Of a stretch of 64,000 nt of DNA, positions 30,236 through 39,754 are shown piece by piece. Source of the DNA: an uncultured Gemmatimonadaceae bacterium (GTDB lineage Bacteria > Gemmatimonadota > Gemmatimonadetes > Gemmatimonadales > Gemmatimonadaceae); assembly GCA_963817955.1 (NCBI GenBank), contig CAWFQK010000004.1, positions 1,312,001-1,376,000 of the forward strand, written 5' to 3'. The notes beneath the pieces are model-generated. The model was given only the letters and a program-made list of their open reading frames with translations. It was not told the DNA's origin and searched no databases. Every line of letters starts with the position of its first letter. Within the stretch, counting starts at the first letter, position 1. Position numbers and translations under genes: made by a program.

Positions 30236-30909
30236 GGAAAGTCGGCAGCCTGCGCCCGCTGGTTGGCGGCGCACGACCTGATTGCGTAGAGGTAGAATTG
30301 CATCAGCTCATCGAGCACTTGATCATCGGTTTTCGCGGCAACGGAACCGAAGCATTCACGATGCGTGCACCAGAGCCCGTGCATGACGAACGGCGCCGTC
30401 AGCATACGTGCCGCCACTGAGGGGTCCACCTGTCGGAACTCCCCCGTTTCTATTCCGTGCGTGATGATGCTGGCAACCAGGCGATGTCCGCGCGCGACGA
30501 CTTCGTCGGCGTAGAAGCGGGCAAGGTCTGGAAAGTCATGAATCTCGGCATGGATGAGCCTGAAGATCGGCGCGAACTGCGCTGACCGGATGAAGGCCCA
30601 GTACTGGCGCATGAACAACGTGAGCGCGTCAGTCGCCGATCCACTGTTGTCGCTGAGCTGCCGCTCGCCTTCCTCGATTTGGGTGACGACGGTATCGCGA
30701 ATCACCTCGCGAAACAGCTCTTCCTTACTGGCGAAGTACAGGTAGATGGTGCCCTTCGAAAGTCCAGCCCGCTTGGCGATGTCCTCGAGCCTGGACGCGG
30801 CAAGCCCATGGTCGCCAAACACCGCGAGGGCGGCATTCAGGATTTGTCTGGGCCGCTCCTCAGGGAGACGGCGCCAACGGGGTTCTTGGCTGGAAACGGG
30901 CGAGGACAT
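30232..30909 (-). CDS. TetR/AcrR transcriptional regulator
   Basis: LEDIAKRAGLSKGTIYLYFASKEELF HTH. Confidence 0.92.
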   Translation of the reverse strand: MSSPVSSQEPRWRRLPEERPRQILNAALAVFGDHGLAASRLEDIAKRAGLSKGTIYLYFASKEELFREVIRDTVVTQIEEGERQLSDNSGSATDALTLFMRQYWAFIRSAQFAPIFRLIHAEIHDFPDLARFYADEVVARGHRLVASIITHGIETGEFRQVDPSVAARMLTAPFVMHGLWCTHRECFGSVAAKTDDQVLDELMQFYLYAIRSCAANQRAQAADFP

Positions 30910-30928
30910 CAGGGGCGCGAGTGAAATA

Positions 30929-30942
30929 ACTGACGCGTCAGT
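30929..30942. promoter_or_regulatory. Putative TetR operator palindrome
   Basis: Perfect 14-bp palindrome ACTGACGCGTCAGT, 20 bp upstream of the tetR start. Confidence 0.6.
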
Positions 30943-31021
30943 AATATATGGTGCGCACACGAGGATGACAGTGGACCGTCAGTCAGTTACCACGCCGACG
31001 ATCACCCTCGGTCCAGCACTC

Positions 31022-31669
31022 CTACTGCGACTCCTCTTCCTCGTCTTCTGATTCGTCCAGCCACTCGTAGGCGGCCGTAACGTCGTCACGCGTGAGCGTG
31101 TGACCGCCGGGCTGCCAAGCGAGCGTGACGTCGGCGCCGAACACCCGGAACAGATCGGCGAGTCGCTCGGGATGATCGTTCGGTACGATTGGATCGTTCT
31201 TCCCCGCTCCGATAAAGATCCGCGTGCCGTCGAGCGTCAGCGCGTTCTCGGGGATGAACGGCACCATCGGCCGAAAGAGCACGGCCTCGGAGAAGGTGCC
31301 AGGCGCCGTGAACAGGATACTCGAAGCGATGTTCGCGCCGTTGGAAAATCCAACGGCGACCACACGCTTCGGGTCGAAGTGGTAATGCTCCGCCGCCACG
31401 CCAATGAAGGCGATCAACTCTGTCGTGCGCGCGCGCAGATCTTCCAGGTCGAACACGCCCTCGGCGTGACGCTTGAAGAACCGCGCGGCGCCGTGCTCCG
31501 ACACCGTGCCGCGGGGACTGAGCAGTCCGCCATCGGGAACCAACATCTGCCCAAGCTGGATCAGGTCGTTCTCGTCGCCGCCGGTGCCGTGCAGCAGCAA
31601 GAGCGTGCGGTCGTCGTCCCCTTCCGGCGGGAGATATCGATGGACGTAAGTCTGGAGCGCGTCGGTCAT
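31022..31669 (-). CDS. Alpha/beta hydrolase (phospholipase/carboxylesterase)
   Basis: LLHGTGG, GFSNGA nucleophile, NDPIV and GHTL motifs. Confidence 0.9.
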   Translation of the reverse strand: MTDALQTYVHRYLPPEGDDDRTLLLLHGTGGDENDLIQLGQMLVPDGGLLSPRGTVSEHGAARFFKRHAEGVFDLEDLRARTTELIAFIGVAAEHYHFDPKRVVAVGFSNGANIASSILFTAPGTFSEAVLFRPMVPFIPENALTLDGTRIFIGAGKNDPIVPNDHPERLADLFRVFGADVTLAWQPGGHTLTRDDVTAAYEWLDESEDEEEESQ

Positions 31670-31701
31670 GTACTATTCAGTATAAACCGTCCCCGATCAC
31701 A

Positions 31702-32109
31702 ATGAGCCACTCCGACGAATCCAACCACGTTCGCCTCGACAAATGGTTGTGGGCGGCGCGCTTCTTCAAGACGCGTTCGGCCGCCACCGAGGCGATCGCC
31801 GGCGGAAAGGCCGAGGTGAACGGCGAGCACGCCAAGCCCGCCAAGGCAGTCAAGCCCGGTGACGAGGTGAGACTGCGACTGGGGCCATACGAGCACATTC
31901 TCGTCATACGTGCCCTTGCCGAGCGCCGTGGAACAGCGACGGTGGCGCAAGGGCTGTACGAGGAGACGGAAGCGAGCCGCCTGGCGCGCGAGCGATTGTC
32001 GGCGCAGCTCAAGATGGCGCCATCGGCCTTCGTCTATGAAGAAAAAGGCCGTCCGACCAAGAAAGACCGGCGCGAGCTGTCGAACTTCATCGATCGCAAG
32101 CGGCGCTAG
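31702..32109 (+). CDS. hslR: S4-domain ribosome-associated heat shock protein Hsp15
   Basis: RLDKWLWAARFFKTRS and GRPTKKDRR motifs. Confidence 0.9.
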   Translation: MSHSDESNHVRLDKWLWAARFFKTRSAATEAIAGGKAEVNGEHAKPAKAVKPGDEVRLRLGPYEHILVIRALAERRGTATVAQGLYEETEASRLARERLSAQLKMAPSAFVYEEKGRPTKKDRRELSNFIDRKRR

Positions 32110-32801
32110 ACCAAATCCGTCTGGAGCCGCGGGAACACGCCGCGATTCACGGCATGTCCGCCTTCGAACCGAATCACGTCATGGGGCAACCCGGCGGCGG
32201 CGAGGCGCGCCTGTTCGGCAGCCAGCTCCGGTTCGCCGACGAACTGATCGCGGCTACCGACGACGAGCGTGACCCGCGCGCCGCGCACGGTGTCGGCGCC
32301 GCGCGATAAGTCGGTTTCCGGCGGCATCAGGCCACCCCACAGAATAAGTCGGTCAATGCGGGGGTGGCCGTGGATGGCCCACCGAGTCGCCGTTGCGGCT
32401 CCCTGCGAAAAGCCGATCACGTTGATGCGGGCACCACGCGCCGCCGGCTCGGCCGCGACATCCTCATAGAGCGCGTCGAGGTACTCGACGTAATCGGCGA
32501 CTTCTGATTCGCGATCTTCTCGCGTCATCCATGTGGCGCCCACAGGACGATCGCGCGCCGGCACCTTGACCGGGTTCACCAGATAGAAGCGATTCATCGC
32601 CTCCGGCGCCACGAGCAGCGCTTCGTCGCTCGCCAGGTCCGAGAAGTACCGAATGAAATCGCTGGCGAGCTGGCCGTACCCGTGAAGCAGGAACCACACG
32701 ACACGAGCCGTCGACGGCGTACCGAGCGTGTAGTACCGCGCGGTGCGTTGGACGCGCAGATGGTGCGTGTGTGGCAGCTTGCCTTCAGTCTGGTCGGTCA
32801 C
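32106..32801 (-). CDS. Alpha/beta hydrolase (esterase)
   Basis: LHGYGQLA, GATWMTREDR, GFSQG and FEGGH motifs; start codon uncertain. Confidence 0.82.
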   Translation of the reverse strand: MTDQTEGKLPHTHHLRVQRTARYYTLGTPSTARVVWFLLHGYGQLASDFIRYFSDLASDEALLVAPEAMNRFYLVNPVKVPARDRPVGATWMTREDRESEVADYVEYLDALYEDVAAEPAARGARINVIGFSQGAATATRWAIHGHPRIDRLILWGGLMPPETDLSRGADTVRGARVTLVVGSRDQFVGEPELAAEQARLAAAGLPHDVIRFEGGHAVNRGVFPRLQTDLV

Positions 32802-32837
32802 CCCGTCAAGATACTCTCCGCTCGATCGGAGCAAAGG

Positions 32838-34424
32838 CTAGCGGGCGAATCCCGGCGGCGAGGACGATGCGGCAGCAAAGAGTTGGGCCTGGGATGTCGC
32901 GTGCTGGAGTAGCCCGATCGCTCTCGTCAGCTGATGGTCGGACGAAAGGCTGCGCGCCTTCGCCGCTACGTCGCCGAACGCGAGGTGCACCACGCGCTGC
33001 TCGAGATCGCGCATGAGGAACACGCGGCTGGTTGCATCGTATTTGGCGTCGATCTTCACCCCCGCGGCCGCAAGGCGACGCATTAGCTCCGCGGTCCACG
33101 CCGGCGGCACAACGAAGTCACGTGCCACGGTGCCCTTGAGCTCGAGCGCGTAGTCCTGGAGCACCGTGTTGATCGTCTGGCTCTTCGCCGCGACAGAACG
33201 CAGGAAGCCGAGTTCCAAGGCAGAGAGCGTGTCGTCCGCCACCACGATGTCGGGTCGAATGCCGCCGCCGCCATAGACCAGGCGACCGGCATCCGACTTG
33301 TACGCGGGACGCGGCATGGTGTCCGGACCCGCCGAATCAGGATGCACTTCCACGAAATCGCCATTCGGCAGCAACTTGCGCTGGCGATGAATAGAGCGGC
33401 CGCTCGGCGTATACCACTTACCCGTGGTGAGCTTGAGCTGATAGTTGTTCGGGAGCTCGTAGACCGACTGCACGAGTCCCTTTCCAAAGGACGTCGTGCC
33501 AACGACGAGCGCGCGATCATGATCCTGCAGCGCACCCGCGACAATCTCCGTTGCCGAGGCAGAGCCGCCGTCCACGAGCACGACGAGCGGAATGGAGAGC
33601 GCAAGGTGATGACCGGTCGACCGCACCGTTTCGGTGGGCTGATTGCGCGAGCGGACACTCACGATCTCCTGCCCGTCACCCAAGAACAGACTCGACGTCT
33701 CGAGCGCCTGCTCGACGATGCCACCGCCATTGTCGCGCATGTCGAGCACGAGTCCCTTCGCGCCCGCTCGAGTGAGCGAATCCACGGCCGCAGAAACCTC
33801 GTCGGCGGTGTTCTCGTTGAATGTCTGCAGCGGGATGTACCCGACGTGATCGCCGAGGAAGCCTGTGTACGCCACAGCCGGCACATGGACCACGCGCCGT
33901 GTGAAGTGCAGTTTGATCGGTTCCGCGACGCCTGCCCGCGTGTAGGTCACCGAAACCTGCGATCCCACTACACCGCGCAGCAGGTTCGACACCTGCGCTA
34001 ACGACAGGGTGGTCGTGGTAATCGTGTCCACCGAAACAACGTGGTCGCCCTCGCGCACGCCCGCATCCGCGGCAGGCGTATTCGGAAAGACGCGATCGAC
34101 GGCAATCACCCCGGGCGACGGCTCGCCGATCAGCATTCCCGTGCCGCCATAGCGCCCGCCCGTGGCGCGATTGAAGTCCTCTGATTGCTTGGGGGAAAGG
34201 AGTTCGCTGTACGGATCGTTCAGTTCACGCACCAACCCTGCAGCCGCCTTTTCGTACGCCAGTCCGGACGGCAGCGAATCGACGTACCGGTCGCGCACCA
34301 GCGTCATGACCTGATCGAACATCTGTGCGTTGGCGCGAACGGGAGGCTTCTGAAGCAGAAAGCCGCCCGCAACCATAGGAACAACGAGCAGCGTGGCTGC
34401 AGTCGCGGTACGAAAGCGTGGCAT
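32838..34424 (-). CDS. S41 carboxy-terminal processing protease (PDZ)
   Basis: DMRDNGGG, SASATEIVAGALQDHDRA and FGKGLVQ motifs. Confidence 0.93.
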   Translation of the reverse strand: MPRFRTATAATLLVVPMVAGGFLLQKPPVRANAQMFDQVMTLVRDRYVDSLPSGLAYEKAAAGLVRELNDPYSELLSPKQSEDFNRATGGRYGGTGMLIGEPSPGVIAVDRVFPNTPAADAGVREGDHVVSVDTITTTTLSLAQVSNLLRGVVGSQVSVTYTRAGVAEPIKLHFTRRVVHVPAVAYTGFLGDHVGYIPLQTFNENTADEVSAAVDSLTRAGAKGLVLDMRDNGGGIVEQALETSSLFLGDGQEIVSVRSRNQPTETVRSTGHHLALSIPLVVLVDGGSASATEIVAGALQDHDRALVVGTTSFGKGLVQSVYELPNNYQLKLTTGKWYTPSGRSIHRQRKLLPNGDFVEVHPDSAGPDTMPRPAYKSDAGRLVYGGGGIRPDIVVADDTLSALELGFLRSVAAKSQTINTVLQDYALELKGTVARDFVVPPAWTAELMRRLAAAGVKIDAKYDATSRVFLMRDLEQRVVHLAFGDVAAKARSLSSDHQLTRAIGLLQHATSQAQLFAAASSSPPGFAR

Positions 34425-34564
34425 GGACAAGTGGAGGGGGAAAATGCTCTTGCGAATCCAGACTACGTTCTTGATGCGCGGATGTCAACGCTAAGATGTT
34501 GTTCTGATTGCCTTTACGAGAAGTTGACAACTCGCCTGGCATCGCTAGCGTCACCAGATGACCA

Positions 34565-35935
34565 ATGCGCATGATCTCGAAACGTAGCGCCGAGCAATCG
34601 GAACTGATCACCACCGTACGGCTCGCCGTGCCGGTGGTTTTCGTGCAGCTAGGCTTCATGGGCATGGGTGTCGTAGACACGCTGATGGTTGGGCGGGTGT
34701 CGGCGCGCGTGCTCGCGGCTGTGGCACTCGGCAATCTCTATTTCTTCAACGTGTCCATCTTCGGCGCGGGCACCTTGATGGCACTCGATCCGATCGTCGC
34801 CCAGGGCATCGGCGCCGGTGACGACAATTCGGTGTCGCGGGCGATGCAGCGCGGTTTGGTCATTGCCGTCGCGCTGAGTCTCGGCACTGCCCTCCTGCTC
34901 GCGCCAGCCGCGCCGCTGTTGCGCGCGCTGCGCCAACCGCCCGAGATCATCCTGGACGCGGCGGCATACGTTCGTATCTCGATCGTCGGCGTGGTGCCGT
35001 TCTTCGCGTTCATCGTGCTGCGTCAGAGTCTTCAGGCAATGCATCGCGTGGCACCGATCGTCTGGACGGTAGTGGTGGCGAACATCACGAACGCGGCGTT
35101 CAACTGGGTGTTCGTATACGGACACCTCGGGAGTCCCGCACTTGGCGTCGCGGGGAGCGCCATCGCCACCGCGATCAGCCGCTGGGTGATGATGTTTCTG
35201 CTCCTCGTCATCGCGTGGCCCACCCTGCGACCGAACCTGTTGCCGGTGCGTCACGACACGTGGCACTGGGCGCCCATCCGGCGCATGCTGCGCATTGGCA
35301 TGCCAATTGGCGCACAGCAGGCATTGGAGGTCGGCGCGTTCGGCGCCATTGGTCTGTTGATGGGCGTGCTCGGCACCATCGAAATGGCGGCGCACCAGAT
35401 CGCGATCACGCTGGCGTCGTTGACGTTCATGGTGCCGGTCGGTGTCGCGACGGCAGGCGCGGTGCGCGTAGGCCATGCGATCGGCGCCGGCGATGACGGA
35501 CGGGCAAAGGAAGCGATCCGCGCGGCGTACCTCTGCGGCGTCGGCTTCATGACGCTCACCGCTGTCCTGTTCCTCTCCGTGCCGCGACTTCTGGCGGCAG
35601 CGTTCACGGGCGACGCGCGCGTCATGGCGCTGGCCGCGGTCCTGATTCCGATCGCCGGCGTGTTCCAGGTGTTCGACGGCGCGCAAGCAGTGGGAGCAGG
35701 CGTGCTGCGCGGATCGGGCGACACGACAGCACCGCTCTTCGTGATGCTCGGTGCGTACTGGATTATCGGAGTGCCGGTGAGCTGGTATCTCGGATTTCAC
35801 ACGCCGCTGGGCGCAGCAGGACTCTGGTGGGGATTCGTCTTCTCCCTCGCCTCTGTCGCGGTCTTCCTCTTCCTGCGCATTCGTGTGGTGTTCGGACGCG
35901 AGCTACGACGCGTTCACGTCGAGAGCCATGTATGA
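34565..35935 (+). CDS. MATE family efflux transporter
   Basis: GVVDTLMVG, AAHQIA and GVLRGSGDT motifs; 12 TM. Confidence 0.92.
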   Translation: MRMISKRSAEQSELITTVRLAVPVVFVQLGFMGMGVVDTLMVGRVSARVLAAVALGNLYFFNVSIFGAGTLMALDPIVAQGIGAGDDNSVSRAMQRGLVIAVALSLGTALLLAPAAPLLRALRQPPEIILDAAAYVRISIVGVVPFFAFIVLRQSLQAMHRVAPIVWTVVVANITNAAFNWVFVYGHLGSPALGVAGSAIATAISRWVMMFLLLVIAWPTLRPNLLPVRHDTWHWAPIRRMLRIGMPIGAQQALEVGAFGAIGLLMGVLGTIEMAAHQIAITLASLTFMVPVGVATAGAVRVGHAIGAGDDGRAKEAIRAAYLCGVGFMTLTAVLFLSVPRLLAAAFTGDARVMALAAVLIPIAGVFQVFDGAQAVGAGVLRGSGDTTAPLFVMLGAYWIIGVPVSWYLGFHTPLGAAGLWWGFVFSLASVAVFLFLRIRVVFGRELRRVHVESHV

Positions 35936-35944
35936 CGGGTCTTC

Positions 35945-36022
35945 GGGGATTTGTGTGGGTGATTTCGGGAGGCTCGAGGGGGAGGACGACTCTTTCTAAC
36001 GCAGAGTTCGCAGAGAACTGCG
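35945..36022 (-). repeat. Partial remnant of the repeat element (tail plus start of arm)
   Basis: GATTTGTGTGGGTGATTTCGGG...TAACGCAGAGTTCGCAGAGAACTGC is the reverse complement of the copy A/D right end. Confidence 0.75.
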
Positions 36023-36097
36023 CCCCCTTCTATAAGGCAGGCGGCCGGCCAGGGATCGTGATCGGCGACTCTGGTCAGGTCCGCACTATTGACCTTC

Positions 36098-36709
36098 ACA
36101 GACTGTTGAAATACGAGTGAATCGCCAGCAATCGGTTACGCGGCTGCGAAGATCGTGATCTGAGCGACGCCTGTCATCCTGAGCGACGCCTGTCATCCTG
36201 AGCGACGGCCTGTCATCCTGAGCGACGGCCTGTCATCCTGAGCGACGGCCTGTCATCCTGAGCGACGGGCTGTCATCCTGAGCGAAAGCGAAGGATCTCT
36301 GTGACCGATAGACCAGCTTTTGAACGCAGAGGACGCAGAGAACTGCAGGAGGTCGCAGAGAACTGCAAGAGAACTGCAGAGAACCGTGAAGGATTGTCTC
36401 GCCTGGGCGTCTTGGCTGATGCCGTCGTGAGGCTCCGATGGTATCGCCCAGATCGGGATCATCAACGATATGGGCGGAATGATTGTGGACTCGGCAATCA
36501 GGTTCATTCCACCAATACGCCCTTCCCCCTTCCGCACGCTTCCAGTTCTCTTTTGCAGTTCTCTGTTGCAGTTCTCTGTTGCAGTTCTCTGCAGTTCTCT
36601 TGCAGTTCTCTGCGTCCTCTGCGTTCAAAAGCTGTTGCGCCGTTTGCGTTAAAAGACCGTCCGGCCCTCGAAGTGATCTGACTCCTGTTCAGCTATTTCA
36701 ACAGTCTGT
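36098..36709. mobile_element. MITE-like modular element, copy B (complete, 612 bp)
   Basis: Perfect 16-bp TIRs ACAGACTGTTGAAATA/TATTTCAACAGTCTGT, 6x 20-mer module, perfect 34-bp internal inverted repeat (36314-36347 vs 36601-36634) and the shared core. Confidence 0.85.
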
Positions 36710-36824
36710 TAACGCTCGGAGTCCAATCCACGCTGTACCGACCAGCGATCGTGGCTTGCGAGCCAGGGCCACCCGCGCGACTACCCTGCACGATTGATGA
36801 GATTTACTCCGCGTTCCTCCACCG

Positions 36825-37337
36825 CTACCGTAGCAGATCGTCGATCGCGTGCACCGCGAGCGCACGCCGCGCTTGACGGTCGCCACGTATCTCCACGTTC
36901 GGCACTCCTGACAGGCGCACGGCATCACGGAACAGCTGCTGCATCGCGTCCCGCATATGGCCGCGGTCGCGTACGCCGTCCTGGACCCAATCGATGTCGA
37001 TGTCGCAGAGCAGGTACAGATCGGGCTGCCGGGCCGCGGCCGTCTCACGAATCCAATCGGGACAGCGACCGAAATAGTGATCGCAGTACACGACCGTGCT
37101 CAACAAGTCCGTATCCTGCACGATGAGTGGAGACGCTTTCGCGATGGCCGCGTCCTCTAGGGCGAGCTGGCCACGGGTGATCGGCCCGTGGTCGCTGAAG
37201 TCGATCGGGGCGCCTTTCTGCTCGGCGAAATCACGGACAAACTCCGGTACGAGCTCAGCCCCGTAGTGGCGCGTAAGCAGGTGCGCCATCGTGGTTTTGC
37301 CGGTCGACTCGGAGCCGGTGAAAACGACCCGCTTCAT
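36825..37337 (-). CDS. NadR-like AAA/kinase domain protein
   Basis: TGSESTGKTT P-loop, VPEFVR, QDTD and WVQDGVRD; coupled to pnuC. Confidence 0.85.
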   Translation of the reverse strand: MKRVVFTGSESTGKTTMAHLLTRHYGAELVPEFVRDFAEQKGAPIDFSDHGPITRGQLALEDAAIAKASPLIVQDTDLLSTVVYCDHYFGRCPDWIRETAAARQPDLYLLCDIDIDWVQDGVRDRGHMRDAMQQLFRDAVRLSGVPNVEIRGDRQARRALAVHAIDDLLR

Positions 37338-37933
37338 GTGGTCCGCTCCAGGCTTCGTTTCCAGGCAAGATGCCCGAGCACGGCGAGCACGAAATAGATC
37401 CCGTAGTTCGCCGCCGTGAGATACAGCCCCTTGAAGATGAACATGCCCACATACACCACGTCAACGGCAATCCACAGCGCCCAGTTCTCGATCAGTTTTC
37501 GTGTCATGAGGTACTGCGCGACCAGGCTGATCGTCGTGGTCGCGGCGTCTACATAGGGGAGTGCCACGCCAGGAAGCGCCGACGTGATCTTTCCGAGCGC
37601 CGCCCATACGATGACGGCGCTGGCGCCGAGGATCAGCCAGGTGCGAGACGGGGTACGCGACACGTGAAGCTCGGTGTGCCCCTTTCCGCCGTAGAGCCAC
37701 TCATACCAGCCGTAGAGCGACAGCGCGAAGTACACCACCTGCAGGCCCATGTCGGAGTACAAGCCTGACCGATAGAACAAGGCGAAATACAGCGCGACGT
37801 TCACCAGCGCAGTGGGCCAGCTCCAGATGTTCTCGCGCACGCTGAGGAACACGCTCACGATGCCGAACAACACCGCCACGAGCTCGAGACAACTCGAGCC
37901 ATGGGCCGTGAGCCAGGTGCATGCGTGCCACAT
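37334..37933 (-). CDS. pnuC: PnuC-family vitamin (nicotinamide riboside-type) transporter
   Basis: ENIWSWP, LQVVY, YGWYEW and KLIENWALW motifs. Confidence 0.88.
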   Translation of the reverse strand: MWHACTWLTAHGSSCLELVAVLFGIVSVFLSVRENIWSWPTALVNVALYFALFYRSGLYSDMGLQVVYFALSLYGWYEWLYGGKGHTELHVSRTPSRTWLILGASAVIVWAALGKITSALPGVALPYVDAATTTISLVAQYLMTRKLIENWALWIAVDVVYVGMFIFKGLYLTAANYGIYFVLAVLGHLAWKRSLERTT

Positions 37934-37934
37934 G

Positions 37935-39680
37935 TCAGCGCCCGAGCGTCGCGAGCGTCCGGTCGCCGGCTTGGGCGACCCGCGTTGCCGCGTGGTCGAT
38001 CGCGGCGATGGTTTCCGGCGACGAACCACCCACCTCGATGTCCGTCATCGTTCGCAGCGCCTTCACGTAGTAGTCGGCCCAGGTGCCGAGGATGTCACGC
38101 TCGACTTCCCTGCTGCCGCCCGCCGCGAGTGCGGCCTGGCTCAGCACAAGCTCGCGATCCAGGCGCGCCAGAGCGGCGCGTTCGACCTCGGCGACGAGCG
38201 CGCGCGCCGTTTCTCCATCGGCCGAAGTCAGCGTCAACACCGCGGCCAACCCTGCTGTGCCGACATTGGTGAGCTCCGCCACGGACACGTTGCCGAGCCG
38301 GTCGCCATCGGTGTGGTAGTAGACGTCGGTGAAATGCCAGAACAGCGCGCCGGGCTTCTTGAAGTCGAGGAATGGCGTGTGATCGCTTCCGCCCTCGAAT
38401 GGATTCGTGCGCACCAGCCAGCCAGTGACCGCGGCCTGGTCGAGGCAGCGGGCGAGCAGGAAATCGTTGTAATAGTGTGGCGCGAGTTGCGCCTTCGTGA
38501 TCGGACGTCCTCCCCATTCGCTGTGGTGCTCGTCGCCGCGCGTCCAGATCGCCGACGGGTCGGGCATCTTCTCGATGAGAAATGTTCCGCCCGTTTTCTT
38601 CGTGTCCTCACCCGTCATGTCGAGACTGAGACCCCAGCGCACCCCACGCGTGCGCACAGAGTCGTCGGCCAGAAAGTTGCGCGTCTGTGTAATCTCGAGG
38701 CCAAACAGCATCGTGATCGTACGCTTCGGGCGCACCACGCCCGTCTTGACGAGCGCACCGAGCACGCGCGCCATCTCGGTCAGGTCGCCGACGCCAGTGG
38801 CGTTGTCGTTCGTGCCCGGTTCCTGTACATGCGCGCTCAGGACGTAGCGCTCGGCGGGAGCCGTGGTGCCATGCACTTCCGCCACGAGCGTCATCTCGTC
38901 CGCGGGGTACATCGTCGTTCGCGTGCGCACGCGCACGTTCGTTGGCCCCTTCGCCAACGCCGATCGCAGGCGCACGACCGCGTCTCTCGACAGCGGAATG
39001 CCCCAGCTCTTCTTCGCGCTGTCATACGCGATCGACCCAAACTGGATGGAATGGGGATGTGTCTCCGGTTGCGTATACGCTGGCATGTTGTACGTCAGCA
39101 CGCCGAGCGCGCCACGCTTCTGCACCGCCTCGGCAAAGACGCGGCCCACGTTGCCGTCGGCCAGCACGATCTTCCCGGCAACCGGAGCGCGATCGTACTC
39201 GGCAGGCGTGCCCTTGCCGACATCGACGAGCGGCGCAAGGACGCCGCTGTCCGGCGTGGAGAAGGAGCTGATCGCCAGCATGTTGCGATTCGTCGCGAAG
39301 CGCAGCACCGGCTCGGCATCGCCGGCGATCGCCACGCTCGCGTCTACTGGCTCCCACGCCGGCTGGCGCATCGCCCGATGCTCAATGCGATAGGTGAGGA
39401 CGTTCGCCGGAGTCGCCGCCGACTCTTCGACGTACCCGGCTTCTTTTAGAATATCCTCAACGCGCCGAATGCTGGCGTTGAAGCCGGCATTTCCCGGCCA
39501 GCGGAAGTACTGATCCATGAACGCCACCTGATCGTACGCACGCTGGCCCGAGAAGAGGGGGCGGACCAGAGCGAAGTAGCGCTTGATGGCTGGCGGCGTA
39601 TCAGGCCGTTGCGCATCGAGGCGCGGCGAGACGATGGCGGCTGCGACCGTGATTCCCACGGCAACATGTTTGAGCGACAC
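37935..39680 (-). CDS. M28 family aminopeptidase with PA domain
   Basis: SAHVQEPGTNDNATG, GLE, SLDMTG, GSDHTPF and YHTDGD motifs; start codon approximate. Confidence 0.85.
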   Translation of the reverse strand: MSLKHVAVGITVAAAIVSPRLDAQRPDTPPAIKRYFALVRPLFSGQRAYDQVAFMDQYFRWPGNAGFNASIRRVEDILKEAGYVEESAATPANVLTYRIEHRAMRQPAWEPVDASVAIAGDAEPVLRFATNRNMLAISSFSTPDSGVLAPLVDVGKGTPAEYDRAPVAGKIVLADGNVGRVFAEAVQKRGALGVLTYNMPAYTQPETHPHSIQFGSIAYDSAKKSWGIPLSRDAVVRLRSALAKGPTNVRVRTRTTMYPADEMTLVAEVHGTTAPAERYVLSAHVQEPGTNDNATGVGDLTEMARVLGALVKTGVVRPKRTITMLFGLEITQTRNFLADDSVRTRGVRWGLSLDMTGEDTKKTGGTFLIEKMPDPSAIWTRGDEHHSEWGGRPITKAQLAPHYYNDFLLARCLDQAAVTGWLVRTNPFEGGSDHTPFLDFKKPGALFWHFTDVYYHTDGDRLGNVSVAELTNVGTAGLAAVLTLTSADGETARALVAEVERAALARLDRELVLSQAALAAGGSREVERDILGTWADYYVKALRTMTDIEVGGSSPETIAAIDHAATRVAQAGDRTLATLGR

Positions 39681-39754
39681 TGACGACTCCGGTGGCTGGA
39701 AAAGCGGTGCGGCTAAGATAGCGCTCTGTCTTCGCCGCCGACTACCTTCTCCGC

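Noticed and set aside
36172..36298. CRISPR array from the 20-bp repeats
   Set aside because: The units are directly tandem with no unique spacers, and there are no cas genes in the window.
36706..36824. attC-like site after copy B (GTTAAC...)
   Set aside because: No matching R'/R'' pair or L-box symmetry found.
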